Source: a virus (taxonomy: Duplodnaviria > Heunggongvirae > Uroviricota > Caudoviricetes). From it: DNA of 56,778 bases. Positions 56,412 through 56,778 of this stretch are shown one piece after another. The notes beneath the pieces were generated by a model that saw nothing but the letters and a program-made list of their open reading frames with translations, had not been told where the DNA came from and did no database searches. The DNA is taken from the IMG/VR virus record IMGVR_UViG_3300021431_003088; one strand, given 5' to 3'. The position numbers were made by a program, and so were the translations under genes. How positions within the stretch are numbered: position 1 is the first letter of the stretch; the number at the start of each line of letters is the position of its first letter.

Positions 56412-56551
56412 ATTAATCACCTCCTTTGTGTATGACAGAGAGGTTGAAACATTATTCAACCTCGCCTAATTCCCCAACTGATGTATTCAGAGAGGACTTT
56501 ATCTAATCGTTTATATATAAGTGTATTTTTGCTAAAGGAAGGTAAAGGAAG

Positions 56552-56778
56552 ATGGATTTTATAGAAATTGATAAATTGAAAGATGTAGAAGATAGAAGAG
56601 TAGACGTTGTTAATGATTACTCTTTGAGAAAGAGGCTAGTAGCGTATGCAAATGCTCTTAGCAAAGAAAAACGCCTGTCGTCAGAATTTGAGATACAACT
56701 TAGAAGCGTAAAACAAAGCATTAATGAGTGTTATAATGAGTTATACAAAATGTGTAAAGAAGATTTGCGGGAAGTGGA
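56552..56778 (+). CDS. Hypothetical protein, truncated by the window edge
   Basis: ATG 56552 after AAGGAAG; open to the end (MDFIEIDKLKDVEDRR...). Confidence 0.6.
   Translation, partial: MDFIEIDKLKDVEDRRVDVVNDYSLRKRLVAYANALSKEKRLSSEFEIQLRSVKQSINECYNELYKMCKEDLREV

Noticed and set aside
1-56778. tRNA, rRNA, tmRNA or CRISPR array
   Set aside because: No cloverleaf/T-loop signature, rRNA-like sequence or regularly spaced repeat array was recognised by eye; a tRNAscan/Infernal run would be needed to exclude them formally.

Overview
A 56.8-kb, AT-rich segment of a large conjugative plasmid from a low-GC Firmicute. Lachnospiraceae/Clostridia-like is my inference from gene content, not a database result. 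The right end holds the replicon: a Rep_3 initiator with iteron-like repeats, plus type Ib ParA and a ribbon-helix-helix partner with a TCTTGT centromere array. Most other genes are on the minus strand. They include a dispersed Gram-positive T4SS (VirB2-, VirB6-, VirB1-like, PrgI, VirB4, VirD4), a minimal Tad/Flp pilus locus preceded by a GGDEF/HD pair, a giant subtilase/beta-helix surface protein, recombination and establishment genes (ssb, Sak3-type SSAP, RecG, DUF932, PcfJ/PcfK), a tnpB-only IS200/IS605 element inserted in codon 6 of an rpn gene, and the 5' end of a class C group II intron. The main unexplained signal is a near-invariant 24-25 bp motif, CAAACTTCGCACTACACTTATATA. It occurs in 10 full copies, plus 8 copies of its ACTTATA(TA) core alone. 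Each copy lies upstream of, and co-oriented with, an operon or candidate RNA. The plasmid also encodes a divergent sigma-70-like protein behind a phage-like cI/cro switch. Together these suggest a plasmid-private transcription programme for conjugation and piliation. A roughly 470-nt highly structured candidate ncRNA lies between the ssb/sak3 genes and the transfer region. No convincing relaxase or CRISPR array was seen. All family names come from motif recognition by eye, and no searches were run.
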